This document shows, in pieces, positions 38,263 to 47,560 of a stretch of DNA of 64,000 nt; the first letter of the stretch is position 1; each line of letters starts with the position of its first letter. The stretch comes from a virus (lineage: Duplodnaviria > Caudoviricetes). The notes under the pieces were generated by a model. It was given only the letters and a program-made list of their open reading frames with translations. It did no database searches and was not told where the DNA came from. The position numbers and the translations under genes are program-made. The DNA is taken from positions 18,397 to 82,396 of IMG/VR virus record IMGVR_UViG_3300037067_008087; one strand, given 5' to 3'.

Positions 38263-39011
38263 TTCGCTTCAGTTTTTTGTAAATCAAGTTCGCCCTTTTG
38301 CATTACTATCTGGTCTCTTAATGGGAGCCCTAATTTAGCCACAAGCCCCTGTACAAATTCTGGATGGAAATCTACCGGGTATTCAAGCTCAACCGACAAT
38401 GAATTAACAGTAACAGAAGTTTGCCCTAAGCTTCCAGTCTCCCCGACTCCTAATGCGCGGGATGTTGATGGGGCTAAATACTGTTCTACATCATAAGCGT
38501 CTATGTAGTAATCAAATATAGGGGTCGCAGGATATTTAAGATAAGCAACGTTTACGCTTGTAATATTTGTGGGATATATCTTAATATTAGCCCCCTCTAT
38601 AACAGCCGCCGGTTTCTCTGTTAATGGTGGTTCAAGCAAGTTATCTATCCGCCTGTATAGTTCGTCATGTGATATGAGGTCTATCTTTCTTACTTGTCCA
38701 TTATAAGCGCCATTTGTAACTATCTTTACAATATAAGCAAATGAAGAAAGGCTTGATATTGCGACAACCCCAGTTAAGGGTGTTTGTGTTGACGATGTAA
38801 TGAATGGCCTTAGTACCTTACTAGAGTAAACGAGATCGGGATTTAGAGCTCCAGCTCTTTGATTAACATAAAGTTCCTCTACATTCTTTTTAAAGAACTC
38901 CATGTTGTAATCTGATATTAAAAGATTAAACTCCAATAAATTTAAGGCTCCACCAAAATCATCGGTAGATATAAGGGAGTTTACATAATCATATATTTGC
39001 TTTAGTGTCAT
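38259..39011 (-). CDS. Tail ring/tubular protein
   Basis: 250 aa; shares motifs with the next gene (IKIYPTNITSVNVAYLKYP vs VRVWPTTISSINLVYLKRP), indicating paralogy. Confidence 0.65.
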   Translation of the reverse strand: MTLKQIYDYVNSLISTDDFGGALNLLEFNLLISDYNMEFFKKNVEELYVNQRAGALNPDLVYSSKVLRPFITSSTQTPLTGVVAISSLSSFAYIVKIVTNGAYNGQVRKIDLISHDELYRRIDNLLEPPLTEKPAAVIEGANIKIYPTNITSVNVAYLKYPATPIFDYYIDAYDVEQYLAPSTSRALGVGETGSLGQTSVTVNSLSVELEYPVDFHPEFVQGLVAKLGLPLRDQIVMQKGELDLQKTEAK

Positions 39012-39014
39012 ATC

Positions 39015-39668
39015 TTAGTTCTCCTTTGCCTTTTCTTGATCTAAATAAGCTACTATCTGCCCATTACCCACTTCAAGCCCTACATATTTAAGCATTATAC
39101 GGATAATATCAATATGCTTTTCAGCCCCCCATTGTGGTTGTGTGCTGCTTGCACTATCATATATCTGCGCACCATTCTCCCACTTAACGGCATATACGGC
39201 TGGGGTTGGTCTTTTTAAGTAGACTAGGTTAATGGATGATATTGTCGTAGGCCAAACCCTAACCTGAGTTGCGAATATCTCAGCCATAGGTCTATCTGCT
39301 GTAGGGGCTATAATGGAATTTTCCCTTCTCATTACAGACTCCTGTGATGTTTCAAGTTTAACCTGTTTTGTTTCAGTGCTTAAAACATAGTAGGCGTCTA
39401 TCCAGTGTAGGTAATCAGCTGGCAGGCTCCCTACCCCCGTGGTTAAGGCTACTGTTGTAGGATCAGATTTAAAAGGCCTTAAATATTCAGACAGTTGCCA
39501 TTGGGTTTCAAACCCGGTTGGCTGGTCTGGATGTCCCCATAATTCAGAGATTAAATCATAGTCAACAATCTTAAGTAAACTGTTAACTTGTTTTATATCT
39601 ATCTCGGTAATTTTAGCTGCTTGCTTAGCAAGAAAAGCAAACACCCTAACTATTTCATCAAGCGTCAT
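39015..39668 (-). CDS. Tail ring/tubular protein
   Basis: 217 aa; paralogue of 38259..39011. Confidence 0.65.
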   Translation of the reverse strand: MTLDEIVRVFAFLAKQAAKITEIDIKQVNSLLKIVDYDLISELWGHPDQPTGFETQWQLSEYLRPFKSDPTTVALTTGVGSLPADYLHWIDAYYVLSTETKQVKLETSQESVMRRENSIIAPTADRPMAEIFATQVRVWPTTISSINLVYLKRPTPAVYAVKWENGAQIYDSASSTQPQWGAEKHIDIIRIMLKYVGLEVGNGQIVAYLDQEKAKEN

Positions 39669-39681
39669 ATGAAAGTTTTTA

Positions 39682-39712
39682 CAAATTTACACATTCTGTA
39701 GATAATGGTTTT
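39682..39712 (-). promoter_or_regulatory. Promoter with an extended conserved upstream element
   Basis: AAAACCATTATC-nn-CAGA-nnnn-GTAAATTTG; 26/31 identical to 56209..56239. Confidence 0.6.
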
Positions 39713-39716
39713 AAAT

Positions 39717-39749
39717 AAAAAACCCCCCGCTTACACGAAACGAGGGGTG
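39717..39749 (-). terminator. Intrinsic terminator
   Basis: CACCCCTCG...CGGGGGGTTTTTTATTT on the minus strand after the 343 aa gene. Confidence 0.65.
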
Positions 39750-39771
39750 ACCATAGTAAACCAAAAACAAA

Positions 39772-40803
39772 CTATGAAGACAAAAATTTAACGATTCTTT
39801 CTTTTGCTATAGCCTCTGAGTCTTTGGGGCTTAACCCTACTTTAAGGTCTCTTGCGGCTTTACGAATTTCCTTCATGTCTTGCAGTCCATCAATGTCTGC
39901 TATGGAATATTTCTTTATCCTGTCAACCCCTACATCAAGACCGAGGTTTTCAAGTTCGGTTTCATGGTTAGCAAAATAAGTCATTAAGATTTCAAATTTC
40001 TTTTCAACCTGCCGTTTGTCAACCCTGCACACTACTTCGTTATTGCCAGCGTATAACCATGCCGACTGATTGGAATCAAACCTGATAATACCATCATGTA
40101 TTGCTTTCTGTGCTATAGCCCTGCGCTGCACTTTTGTTCCCATTTCTGTGGCATCATTGATAAACTGCCTGAACCCACGTAGCCCTTTCTCACTCTGCCT
40201 CTGCCCTCTCTCAACCTCATCCCAAAGGCGGGATTTAAGTATATCCATTTGTAGGGTTTCTGCTTTCTGTATCCCCCATGCAGTAGCCAGCATGATTCTA
40301 TCAGCGTCAGTAAGATTGCGGTCTTTAAAGATTAAATACTGGACATCAAGCTGATCGCCTCCGCCAAGTTTAGCTATCTTTTCCTTTGCCTCATCAACCG
40401 GGTTATAAACATAACAACCACATTTACCAACATCAACAACATGCATTAAGAAAAATGCCTTTTCTGTGTCGTTGTTAGGGTCTATCGCTAAGTCATAGTT
40501 AACAAACCAATGTTTAGGTTGATAGTTCCATAGGTCATTGCCGCGTGGAGTGCGTGATTCCGCATACCTCCATTGCTCTACTCCTCTTTCACTCTTAAGA
40601 GTCCACCTACATGGTATAGTGGTGAATGATGGTCTTAGCTTTACGCCTTTATCATCTTTAAGTAATGGGCTGTCTGTGTTGTATTTTTTTACAACAACAT
40701 AATCTGTGAGCCCTCTGATTTCTTTCGCTTTTTCTTGATAAAACTTAACCGCCGGGTTAGTATTATCATTTAGATTCAATAATTGATCGTTAATGTATAA
40801 CAT
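39772..40803 (-). CDS. Conserved post-MCP protein of unknown function (343 aa)
   Basis: Directly downstream of the MCP, as in crAss-like capsid modules; TATCTTTG box at 40829..40836. Confidence 0.6.
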   Translation of the reverse strand: MLYINDQLLNLNDNTNPAVKFYQEKAKEIRGLTDYVVVKKYNTDSPLLKDDKGVKLRPSFTTIPCRWTLKSERGVEQWRYAESRTPRGNDLWNYQPKHWFVNYDLAIDPNNDTEKAFFLMHVVDVGKCGCYVYNPVDEAKEKIAKLGGGDQLDVQYLIFKDRNLTDADRIMLATAWGIQKAETLQMDILKSRLWDEVERGQRQSEKGLRGFRQFINDATEMGTKVQRRAIAQKAIHDGIIRFDSNQSAWLYAGNNEVVCRVDKRQVEKKFEILMTYFANHETELENLGLDVGVDRIKKYSIADIDGLQDMKEIRKAARDLKVGLSPKDSEAIAKERIVKFLSS

Positions 40804-40939
40804 CTAGATATTTTTTGGTTTACTGATGCAAAGATAAGAAATATTTAAATACAATTTCCTGAACCCTATAATATATTTAATGCATGATTTTTCATTCTTA
40901 ATATGGCATAATGCTGTTTAGCGTATGATTTTTCATTCA

Positions 40940-40992
40940 AAAAATAAAAGACCGCAAGTTTCGGGGGTGCAGCCCCTACTCCTTGTGGTCTT
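40940..40992 (-). terminator. Branched hairpin terminator downstream of the MCP
   Basis: Outer stem AAGACCACAAG / CTTGCGGTCTT enclosing the hairpin GGGGCTGCACCCC, followed by TTATTTTTT. Confidence 0.65.
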
Positions 40993-41046
40993 AAATTAGA
41001 TATTATAATATTAACTTTGTGTAGAAAGTTAAAGTATTACTTTAAG

Positions 41047-42528
41047 TTATTTCGCCGACCTCATTAATACCCACTGGTTCACTCCGCCACATATGATCAT
41101 GTACTGTGAAAGCATCCAGTAGTAGAAGCCATGGCTGTCGATAAAGGCATCCTGTCCGGGTATAGCACCGCTAACTCCCTTATTGATTTTCAGCACTTTA
41201 CGATTATTTTCACCGTTGTGGTTAGTATATGCAAGAGTAACATTCGGTATTGATTTAGGAGCGCTGTCGCGGCTAGTCCCGAAAGATTCATACATAACAT
41301 TTTCCTGAGGAATACCAATAGCAAGTCTTGGGAACTCATAAAGATATTCACCAGCTGTCATTACACCAGCTCCGCCTGCTTTAGAGAATAGAGGGATAGG
41401 ATAGAATACGTTGTCAAGTCCACCGACTGTAACGGCACGTACAACTATTCCCAGACGATTCTTTACATTGTCATAAAGATCAGTTCCGCCTGAAAATTCC
41501 TTAGTCCAACTAAGGCCTGCTTCTTCAAGGTCTCTCATGAACTGATCACCGGCATACCACATCATAGTCCCATTTGCAACGTCCTGTGAAGATGCAAGCT
41601 GAGCTGCGGTGTAAAGGTCATCAAACGATACTGCTGTATCATAGTTATGAGTCTGTGCAAGCTGATCTGCCCACTGATAGATACCGAAACCCGAAGCCCT
41701 TGAATTACTTCCACCGAAGTCAGAAGTTTCAACAAGGTTAGTATTATCATTCAACTCACCGAACATAATAGCATTTTCTATTACTTCGTTAAGTTTAAAT
41801 TCAGCTTCGATAAGTTTGGCATTTGTGAACTTGCCAGTTCCTTCAAGGCCTGTAACATCTTCGTAAGAACGAGCGATAATGTCACCCTCAAATCCAACAG
41901 TCCATTTTGAAAGGAATGAAGTATGAGTGCGAGTAGTAAAGCTGTCAGTTACTCCTGAAGGCTGCCCAGTACCGCGGGCGAATGTGTTATAAGCTACAAA
42001 CAGATAACTATTAACAGGAACCTCTACTGAAATCTGTGATTTAGTAACGGTTGATCCATTAGAAAGAGGATAGCAGAGCAGTGTGTCATCTTCAAGAACT
42101 GTAGTGCTCATAGAGTGAACCACATAACCCCTTGATGCCAATACTGCTGTGGGTTGGTATTTGGCAGGAATCATAATAACATCACCGACCTTAACCTGAT
42201 GGTTACCGTTAGTGTTGAAGTTATCAGCATGAAGCTGAGCGCTTATTGATCCCCCTGCATCACCAGTAGTTATTGCAGCCCCTAATTTGATTGGATGCTG
42301 CGGCCATGTTTGTTCCACACTTGTAATTGTGGCGTCAGGAACGTCGATAACGCTCCCGAGAATGTTTAAAAGTTCAAGAGCCATAGCGCGGCTGCCGAAC
42401 TGTTTGAAAAGTTTGTTGTAAAACTGAGCTTGTAATACAGCGGTATTACTTGTAATGGATAGCCATTCGGCTCCGTAATTGCCAGCTGCAAATTTGCTCG
42501 TTACACCATTAACGCTAGAAAGTGCCAT
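41047..42528 (-). CDS. Major capsid protein (HK97-fold, crAss-like)
   Basis: 493 aa after the portal and scaffold; E...IENAIMFGE, SGFGIYQ; strongly biased codon usage and its own terminator. Confidence 0.8.
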   Translation of the reverse strand: MALSSVNGVTSKFAAGNYGAEWLSITSNTAVLQAQFYNKLFKQFGSRAMALELLNILGSVIDVPDATITSVEQTWPQHPIKLGAAITTGDAGGSISAQLHADNFNTNGNHQVKVGDVIMIPAKYQPTAVLASRGYVVHSMSTTVLEDDTLLCYPLSNGSTVTKSQISVEVPVNSYLFVAYNTFARGTGQPSGVTDSFTTRTHTSFLSKWTVGFEGDIIARSYEDVTGLEGTGKFTNAKLIEAEFKLNEVIENAIMFGELNDNTNLVETSDFGGSNSRASGFGIYQWADQLAQTHNYDTAVSFDDLYTAAQLASSQDVANGTMMWYAGDQFMRDLEEAGLSWTKEFSGGTDLYDNVKNRLGIVVRAVTVGGLDNVFYPIPLFSKAGGAGVMTAGEYLYEFPRLAIGIPQENVMYESFGTSRDSAPKSIPNVTLAYTNHNGENNRKVLKINKGVSGAIPGQDAFIDSHGFYYWMLSQYMIICGGVNQWVLMRSAK

Positions 42529-42541
42529 AGTAATTTAATTT

Positions 42542-43777
42542 TTATTTTATTCCTAAAAAGTTTTTAACCGCAATGTTGGCTAAATCTGCTTCTGTTGGTT
42601 TACGGTCTGGTGGAGCTTCCTGTGTATTTATTGGGCGTCCATTATATTGATCTTTTCCAACCTGTTCTCTTATTTTAGATAAGACCTCTTTTTTGTATGC
42701 CCTAAAAATCTTCTCCCTATTTTGTAGTTGATAAATTCCACCAACCAGTTCTGCTATAGCCTTAGCGTTCTCTTGCGTAGGTTCTATATTGTTCTGGAGA
42801 GCATAATCTACAACCATTTTAGGGATTCCTTTTTTAAACTCGGAATCTACCTCAAACGTAAAATCAACAATTTCTTCACCTTTTTCGTCCTTATCTGTTA
42901 TCTGAATAGTTTTAACTAAGTCAGCAATTCTATTAGCTTCCGTAGTCCAACCAGTCTTTAGAGATTCTAGACGCTCTTGTGCGGCCTTTAATTGATCGTT
43001 TCGTTGATTGATTATATTATTAAAATCATTTTGAGCCGGTATCTCTACCTTGCTTTTTACAGTATTAAACCTATCTTTTTCGTTTACCGCCAGACGGGAA
43101 AGTTTAAGTTCCTGTTCTGGGGTGAGTTCTATGTCTTCAGCTCTACCAGCTTCCATGAGAATGTCATCATCTACACCTAACTCCTTAAGGATAGACTTCT
43201 TAACTATATCATCCTTACCAGCAAACTTAGGCGAATCATACTGCCATCCAAGTGATACAACATCAAGGTTTTCCATTGTATTGAGATCACTTCTGGCTAT
43301 CCTGTTTGCGGCATATACAACACCCTCATTGGTACTGCCCTTCGCTAAAGCTTTAGCGGTGAGTTCTGCCTTGTAAGCATCAGCGCTGCCAAATTGCTTT
43401 ATCGGATCATTAGCCTCGACAAACTTTTTAAACTCATCAACAATAACATTATATGAGTTTTGTAGCTCGTCATGCTGTTTCTTTACCGACTCAAATTCTT
43501 TCAAAGAACTAAATGCGTTTTTCAGGTCTTCTTCACCCTGAATCTCGTATTCTATATTCTGCGACGCCAACCACCCCTTTACTTCATCTACACTCAAGCC
43601 CGTTGGCTGTTGTATAACTGGAGGCGTTTCTACAGGAGCCTGTTCTGTTACAGGAGCTTGATCTGTTGTGGGCGCCGTCTCCGTCACCTGTTCTTCCGTC
43701 ACCGGGGGATTCTCTGGAGTTATCTGTTGTAATAGACTCTTGTCAGCTATCCCCTCAGCTAAGTTTATTATGCTCAT
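42542..43777 (-). CDS. Putative capsid scaffolding protein
   Basis: Acidic, helical, P/E/Q/T-rich N-terminus; lies between the portal and the MCP; TAATTTTG box at 43803..43810. Confidence 0.6.
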   Translation of the reverse strand: MSIINLAEGIADKSLLQQITPENPPVTEEQVTETAPTTDQAPVTEQAPVETPPVIQQPTGLSVDEVKGWLASQNIEYEIQGEEDLKNAFSSLKEFESVKKQHDELQNSYNVIVDEFKKFVEANDPIKQFGSADAYKAELTAKALAKGSTNEGVVYAANRIARSDLNTMENLDVVSLGWQYDSPKFAGKDDIVKKSILKELGVDDDILMEAGRAEDIELTPEQELKLSRLAVNEKDRFNTVKSKVEIPAQNDFNNIINQRNDQLKAAQERLESLKTGWTTEANRIADLVKTIQITDKDEKGEEIVDFTFEVDSEFKKGIPKMVVDYALQNNIEPTQENAKAIAELVGGIYQLQNREKIFRAYKKEVLSKIREQVGKDQYNGRPINTQEAPPDRKPTEADLANIAVKNFLGIK

Positions 43778-43833
43778 ATGTCTTGTTTTGGTTTACTGGG
43801 TACAAAATTACAAATATTCTAAATATATGTTTT

Positions 43834-46227
43834 TTATGACATCTGCGGCTGTGCTTCTCCTCCCTGAATTGAGTTCTCTGCCTGTAGCATACTAACATCC
43901 GCGCCACTCTGCGCCATTACTTTAGCTATTATCTCATCTATCGTGTTTTTTGATTTATTATTATCTATCAGCATTTGCGATCTAGTCTTAAGATCATATT
44001 CTACAGCCATACCTTGTTGCTTCATCTGCTCAATCTGTTTAGCAGTCTGATTCTGTAGCTGAACGGTCTGTTGGTTAATCTGCCCCTGTCTGTCAATGGC
44101 TTCCATCTTTTCTTTATGCAACCTCTGTCTGTCTTTCTCTACCATCTTCTTAAGAACAGACCTTATCTCACTGATATTACAACCTGCAAATATCTGTTCC
44201 TTGACATACATAGCCTGATCAGGAGTTAGTCCCGGCTGCCCATTTCTTCCATTCTCTAAAGCCAAGTCAACCATCTGTGAAAGAGTTTGTCTTTCCGCCA
44301 TGCTCGGTCTAGCCCTTAATGTTATACCCATTTGTATAGGAAGGAGGGTGGAATCTGCTATAACTGATATATTAGCCTTGCCTATAACCTTTTCATATTC
44401 AGCTTTGCCTATGTCATCATATTTAATTATGCACTGTACCATTGTAGAACTTACCTCAGCCAGCTGTTCTTTTAGCTTCTTAGAACAATCTAATACAGGG
44501 CGTAGTGAAGCCTGAGCGCTTTGTAATGACATCTCGCTAACGCCTACAGCCGTATCTGTCTTGGGAGTGGCGCCTATCATGAGAAGGGGTATGCCGGTTA
44601 GGTTCTCGGCGAACTGAACACACCACTGGAGCCATTGCATATAAGGCTCAACCAACTCCCTGATATTACCCGGGACATACTGAATAGGGACTGGGTTCCC
44701 GGCAACGCCCATACCATTTATCCCTGTTGTCTTATAGAAAAAGAAATTACCCTCTATAAAGCCTTTTATTACATTAAGTGGATTAAATTTCTTTGGGTCA
44801 TTCATCATCAATCTGGTCACGTCTACGGCATAACCACCTTCAGTAGCCTTGCCTATGCCATTCATTAAACGCACCCATGAAATGTGGAACACGTCAGCTA
44901 CCATCTTTAACCTATGAACAATAGCCTTTGTATCCCCTATTAACTTAACGCCTTGCACTGGGAATATAGGGTCTTTACCCACAATACCCTGATTAGGATA
45001 TAAGCCATAATTATATACCCATTTAGAGCCCACTAACCAACTGCACCTGTAAAGCCTTCTTCTCCTTATATTCCTTACCTGTTCTCTATCACCTAACTTC
45101 TCTATGCCTTCTTCTGGCATATCATATATTCTTGTTTTACCGTTTTTCTTAGTGTAAACTATTTCTTTTTTATTATCTACATCCCGCCAATACCCATGGA
45201 GTTCCAAAACTTTATAACTGCCGTAATCAATATTCTGTCTTTTGGCATCACTGAATGAGGACGGCAACTCCGGATTGCCGAACATCCCCTTGTAATCCTT
45301 GGCTAGTTCATATATTTCTTCTTCTGTTATACCCGTTTTCTCGCCATCGCTCATCATGTGTGATTTAGCCCTAAGCTCTGTAAGTGTAGTCCATTTCAGA
45401 TAACCCCCAAAATCCACATCTGAAAAATCTTCTTCATTTGAATACTGCATTATAACATTCTTAGGGTCTATGTACTCCCATTTAACTTTATGTGTTGCGT
45501 CATCATATTTAACATGAGAAAATGCATATCCAAATGTTAATAAATCCCTCTTGGCTTTGGGGTGTATGTTGTTATCCCATTTCGAAAACGCTTCTGTGTG
45601 TGATAATAATTGTTCGTGGCTTCTTATGTATGGCTCTTTAAATAACCCATCTTTTTTGAATTGTTCTAGTTCCTCAAAGTCAGTAGATAAAACAGGTGCC
45701 TCCTCCATGGGTATTCCCGCCTGTTGAGCCATGGCGGCCAATAATGGGGCAAACTTATTTTTAACATAAGTCTGGTGCATTAATTTGTCTTCCTCATATC
45801 CAGAATCATAATCAATGGGGTCTGCCTTTATCTCGTAGTCATTGTCAGATATAGTCCCCTCTATGGCAGATAAGAGTGTCGGGATAAAAGACACAACATC
45901 ACCAACATCAAGATTAAGCCACCCTTTTTTATGGTAGTCTTTAGCTGTCATGGTGTTATCAGTGTCCCCAGTGCTTGATGCACTTACTGATGCAAAATAA
46001 GTTTTATATTTATCGGTATTCTGTTTGCCGGCGGCATACGCCCTTAACTCATCAATAACATCCACAAACTCAGCTGTTATCTCAGTACGCTCTCTAACAT
46101 ACATTGAATATAGCCACTCTACGATTTGCCTGTTATAGCTTGCTGATTGCTTTTCTTTTTCTGTTTTGCTCTCCATTTCAGGTAATGAAACGGAGTTATA
46201 TTTACTAGCAAATGGGGTTACTGCCAT
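43834..46227 (-). CDS. Portal protein (crAss-like)
   Basis: About 797 aa after TerL with a Q/M-rich C-terminal barrel region. Start moved to the ATG at 46227, which follows the 29 bp promoter/leader shared with 33113..33141. Confidence 0.8.
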   Translation of the reverse strand: MAVTPFASKYNSVSLPEMESKTEKEKQSASYNRQIVEWLYSMYVRERTEITAEFVDVIDELRAYAAGKQNTDKYKTYFASVSASSTGDTDNTMTAKDYHKKGWLNLDVGDVVSFIPTLLSAIEGTISDNDYEIKADPIDYDSGYEEDKLMHQTYVKNKFAPLLAAMAQQAGIPMEEAPVLSTDFEELEQFKKDGLFKEPYIRSHEQLLSHTEAFSKWDNNIHPKAKRDLLTFGYAFSHVKYDDATHKVKWEYIDPKNVIMQYSNEEDFSDVDFGGYLKWTTLTELRAKSHMMSDGEKTGITEEEIYELAKDYKGMFGNPELPSSFSDAKRQNIDYGSYKVLELHGYWRDVDNKKEIVYTKKNGKTRIYDMPEEGIEKLGDREQVRNIRRRRLYRCSWLVGSKWVYNYGLYPNQGIVGKDPIFPVQGVKLIGDTKAIVHRLKMVADVFHISWVRLMNGIGKATEGGYAVDVTRLMMNDPKKFNPLNVIKGFIEGNFFFYKTTGINGMGVAGNPVPIQYVPGNIRELVEPYMQWLQWCVQFAENLTGIPLLMIGATPKTDTAVGVSEMSLQSAQASLRPVLDCSKKLKEQLAEVSSTMVQCIIKYDDIGKAEYEKVIGKANISVIADSTLLPIQMGITLRARPSMAERQTLSQMVDLALENGRNGQPGLTPDQAMYVKEQIFAGCNISEIRSVLKKMVEKDRQRLHKEKMEAIDRQGQINQQTVQLQNQTAKQIEQMKQQGMAVEYDLKTRSQMLIDNNKSKNTIDEIIAKVMAQSGADVSMLQAENSIQGGEAQPQMS

Positions 46228-46250
46228 TGTTATATTTTTTACAAAGTTAC
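46222..46250 (-). promoter_or_regulatory. Late promoter/leader, identical 29 bp copy 2
   Basis: Exact match to 33113..33141, including TAACTTTG and ATGGCA. Confidence 0.75.
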
Positions 46251-46273
46251 ATAGAGTTGACAATATGGTTCTA

Positions 46274-47560
46274 GTGAACTACCCACCCACGCCAAAGGCG
46301 ATGGGATGGGCTTCATGGGTCAAAGCTCCTTCCAACGAAGGCAACGTACCATGATTTTTAAGTGTATGTTCCGTACACAATTTATTTAATGCGAAATTTT
46401 TAATATTTATGGAAGCGTTTAAATCTCTAGATAGAACAGAACCGCACTCAGGGCAAGCCCATTCACGGTCTTTGAGTGTAAGTTCTTTGTTGATATATCC
46501 GCACTCCGAACATGTTTTAGAGCTGGGTTCAAATCTGCCTATACGAAGGATGTTTACTCCATTACACTTTGCCTTATATTCTAACATGGTAACAAACATT
46601 CCCCAGCTTGCATCTGAAATTGAGCCAGCTAAACAATGGTTTTTTACCATGCCTTTAATGTTCAAGTCTTCCAAAGCAATAGATTGGTTATCTCTTATTA
46701 ACTCTGTACTGACTTTATGTAAAAAGTCTTTTCTTTGGTTGGCTACTTTTTCATGTAGCAAAGCAACCTTATATTTACGCTTCGTTCCTTTATGTTTGGA
46801 ATATTGGCGTTGGTTATATTTTAGTTTATTTTGTGCTTTACGCAAATACTTTGGATTATCATATTCCTTACCGTTAGAAGCAACTAAGTATGATTTAATC
46901 CCCAAGTCTACGCCAACAGTCGTTTCTTCTTTTATTGGTTGTAGTTGTTTTTCGGTTTCACCCGTTTCACAAAGAATAGAAACGAAGTATTTACAAGTTG
47001 GTGTTCTGCTGATTGTTGCTTGTTTAATATCTCCCTTAATGGGTCTGTGTAATACAATATCAATTCCTTTCTTAAACTTAGGCATAATCAGTTTATTGGT
47101 ATCAATCTTAACACTTTGTGGAATATTGAAAGACTGCTTGCCATTACCTTTTTTCTTAAACCTAGGGAAATCAGCGCGGCCTTTAAAAAAGTTTTCAAAG
47201 GCAGTATTCATATTTACAATAGACTGTTGTAAGGATTGGCTGTTAACTTCTTTCAGCCATTCATTTTCTTTCTTTAAATCAGGAAGTCGCTTAACAAGAC
47301 TTACCCACGAATGGTTTGTTTTGTCTTTAGCGTATTCAGATTGTTTAAAAGCCAAAGCATTATTATACACAAAACGAGCGCAACCAATATGCTTATTGAT
47401 TAACTCGGCTTGGGGCGCCGTTGGATATATTCTATATCGAAACGCTTTTAACATATTGCAAATATACAAAATTTATTTATATTGGTTTTTCTGTATAAGA
47501 TTATTTAACCAGCCTTACATCCAACCGACTAAAGATCGGGTTGGTTTTACGGCACTAAGA
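46274..47560 (-). mobile_element. Non-autonomous IS200/IS605-family (IS1341-like, tnpB-only) element
   Basis: Left end: TTAT|TCTTAGTGCCGT-AAAA-CCAACCCGATCTTTAGTCGGTTGG hairpin. Right end: GAAG-CCCATCCCATCGCCTTTGGCGTGGGTGGG-TAGT-TCAC|. The guide/cleavage pairs AAAA/TTAT and GAAG/TCAC follow the IS608 rule (AAAG/TTAC, GAAT/TCAA). No tnpA in the window. Confidence 0.85.
46279..47454 (-). CDS. tnpB: RNA-guided endonuclease TnpB
   Basis: HTH_OrfB N-terminus (MLKAFRYRIYP...GCARFVYN), RuvC-I GVDLG, RuvC-II ALEDL, Zn finger CSECG/CPECG, RuvC-III RDLNAS. All three catalytic residues are present. Confidence 0.95.
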   Translation of the reverse strand: MLKAFRYRIYPTAPQAELINKHIGCARFVYNNALAFKQSEYAKDKTNHSWVSLVKRLPDLKKENEWLKEVNSQSLQQSIVNMNTAFENFFKGRADFPRFKKKGNGKQSFNIPQSVKIDTNKLIMPKFKKGIDIVLHRPIKGDIKQATISRTPTCKYFVSILCETGETEKQLQPIKEETTVGVDLGIKSYLVASNGKEYDNPKYLRKAQNKLKYNQRQYSKHKGTKRKYKVALLHEKVANQRKDFLHKVSTELIRDNQSIALEDLNIKGMVKNHCLAGSISDASWGMFVTMLEYKAKCNGVNILRIGRFEPSSKTCSECGYINKELTLKDREWACPECGSVLSRDLNASINIKNFALNKLCTEHTLKNHGTLPSLEGALTHEAHPIAFGVGG

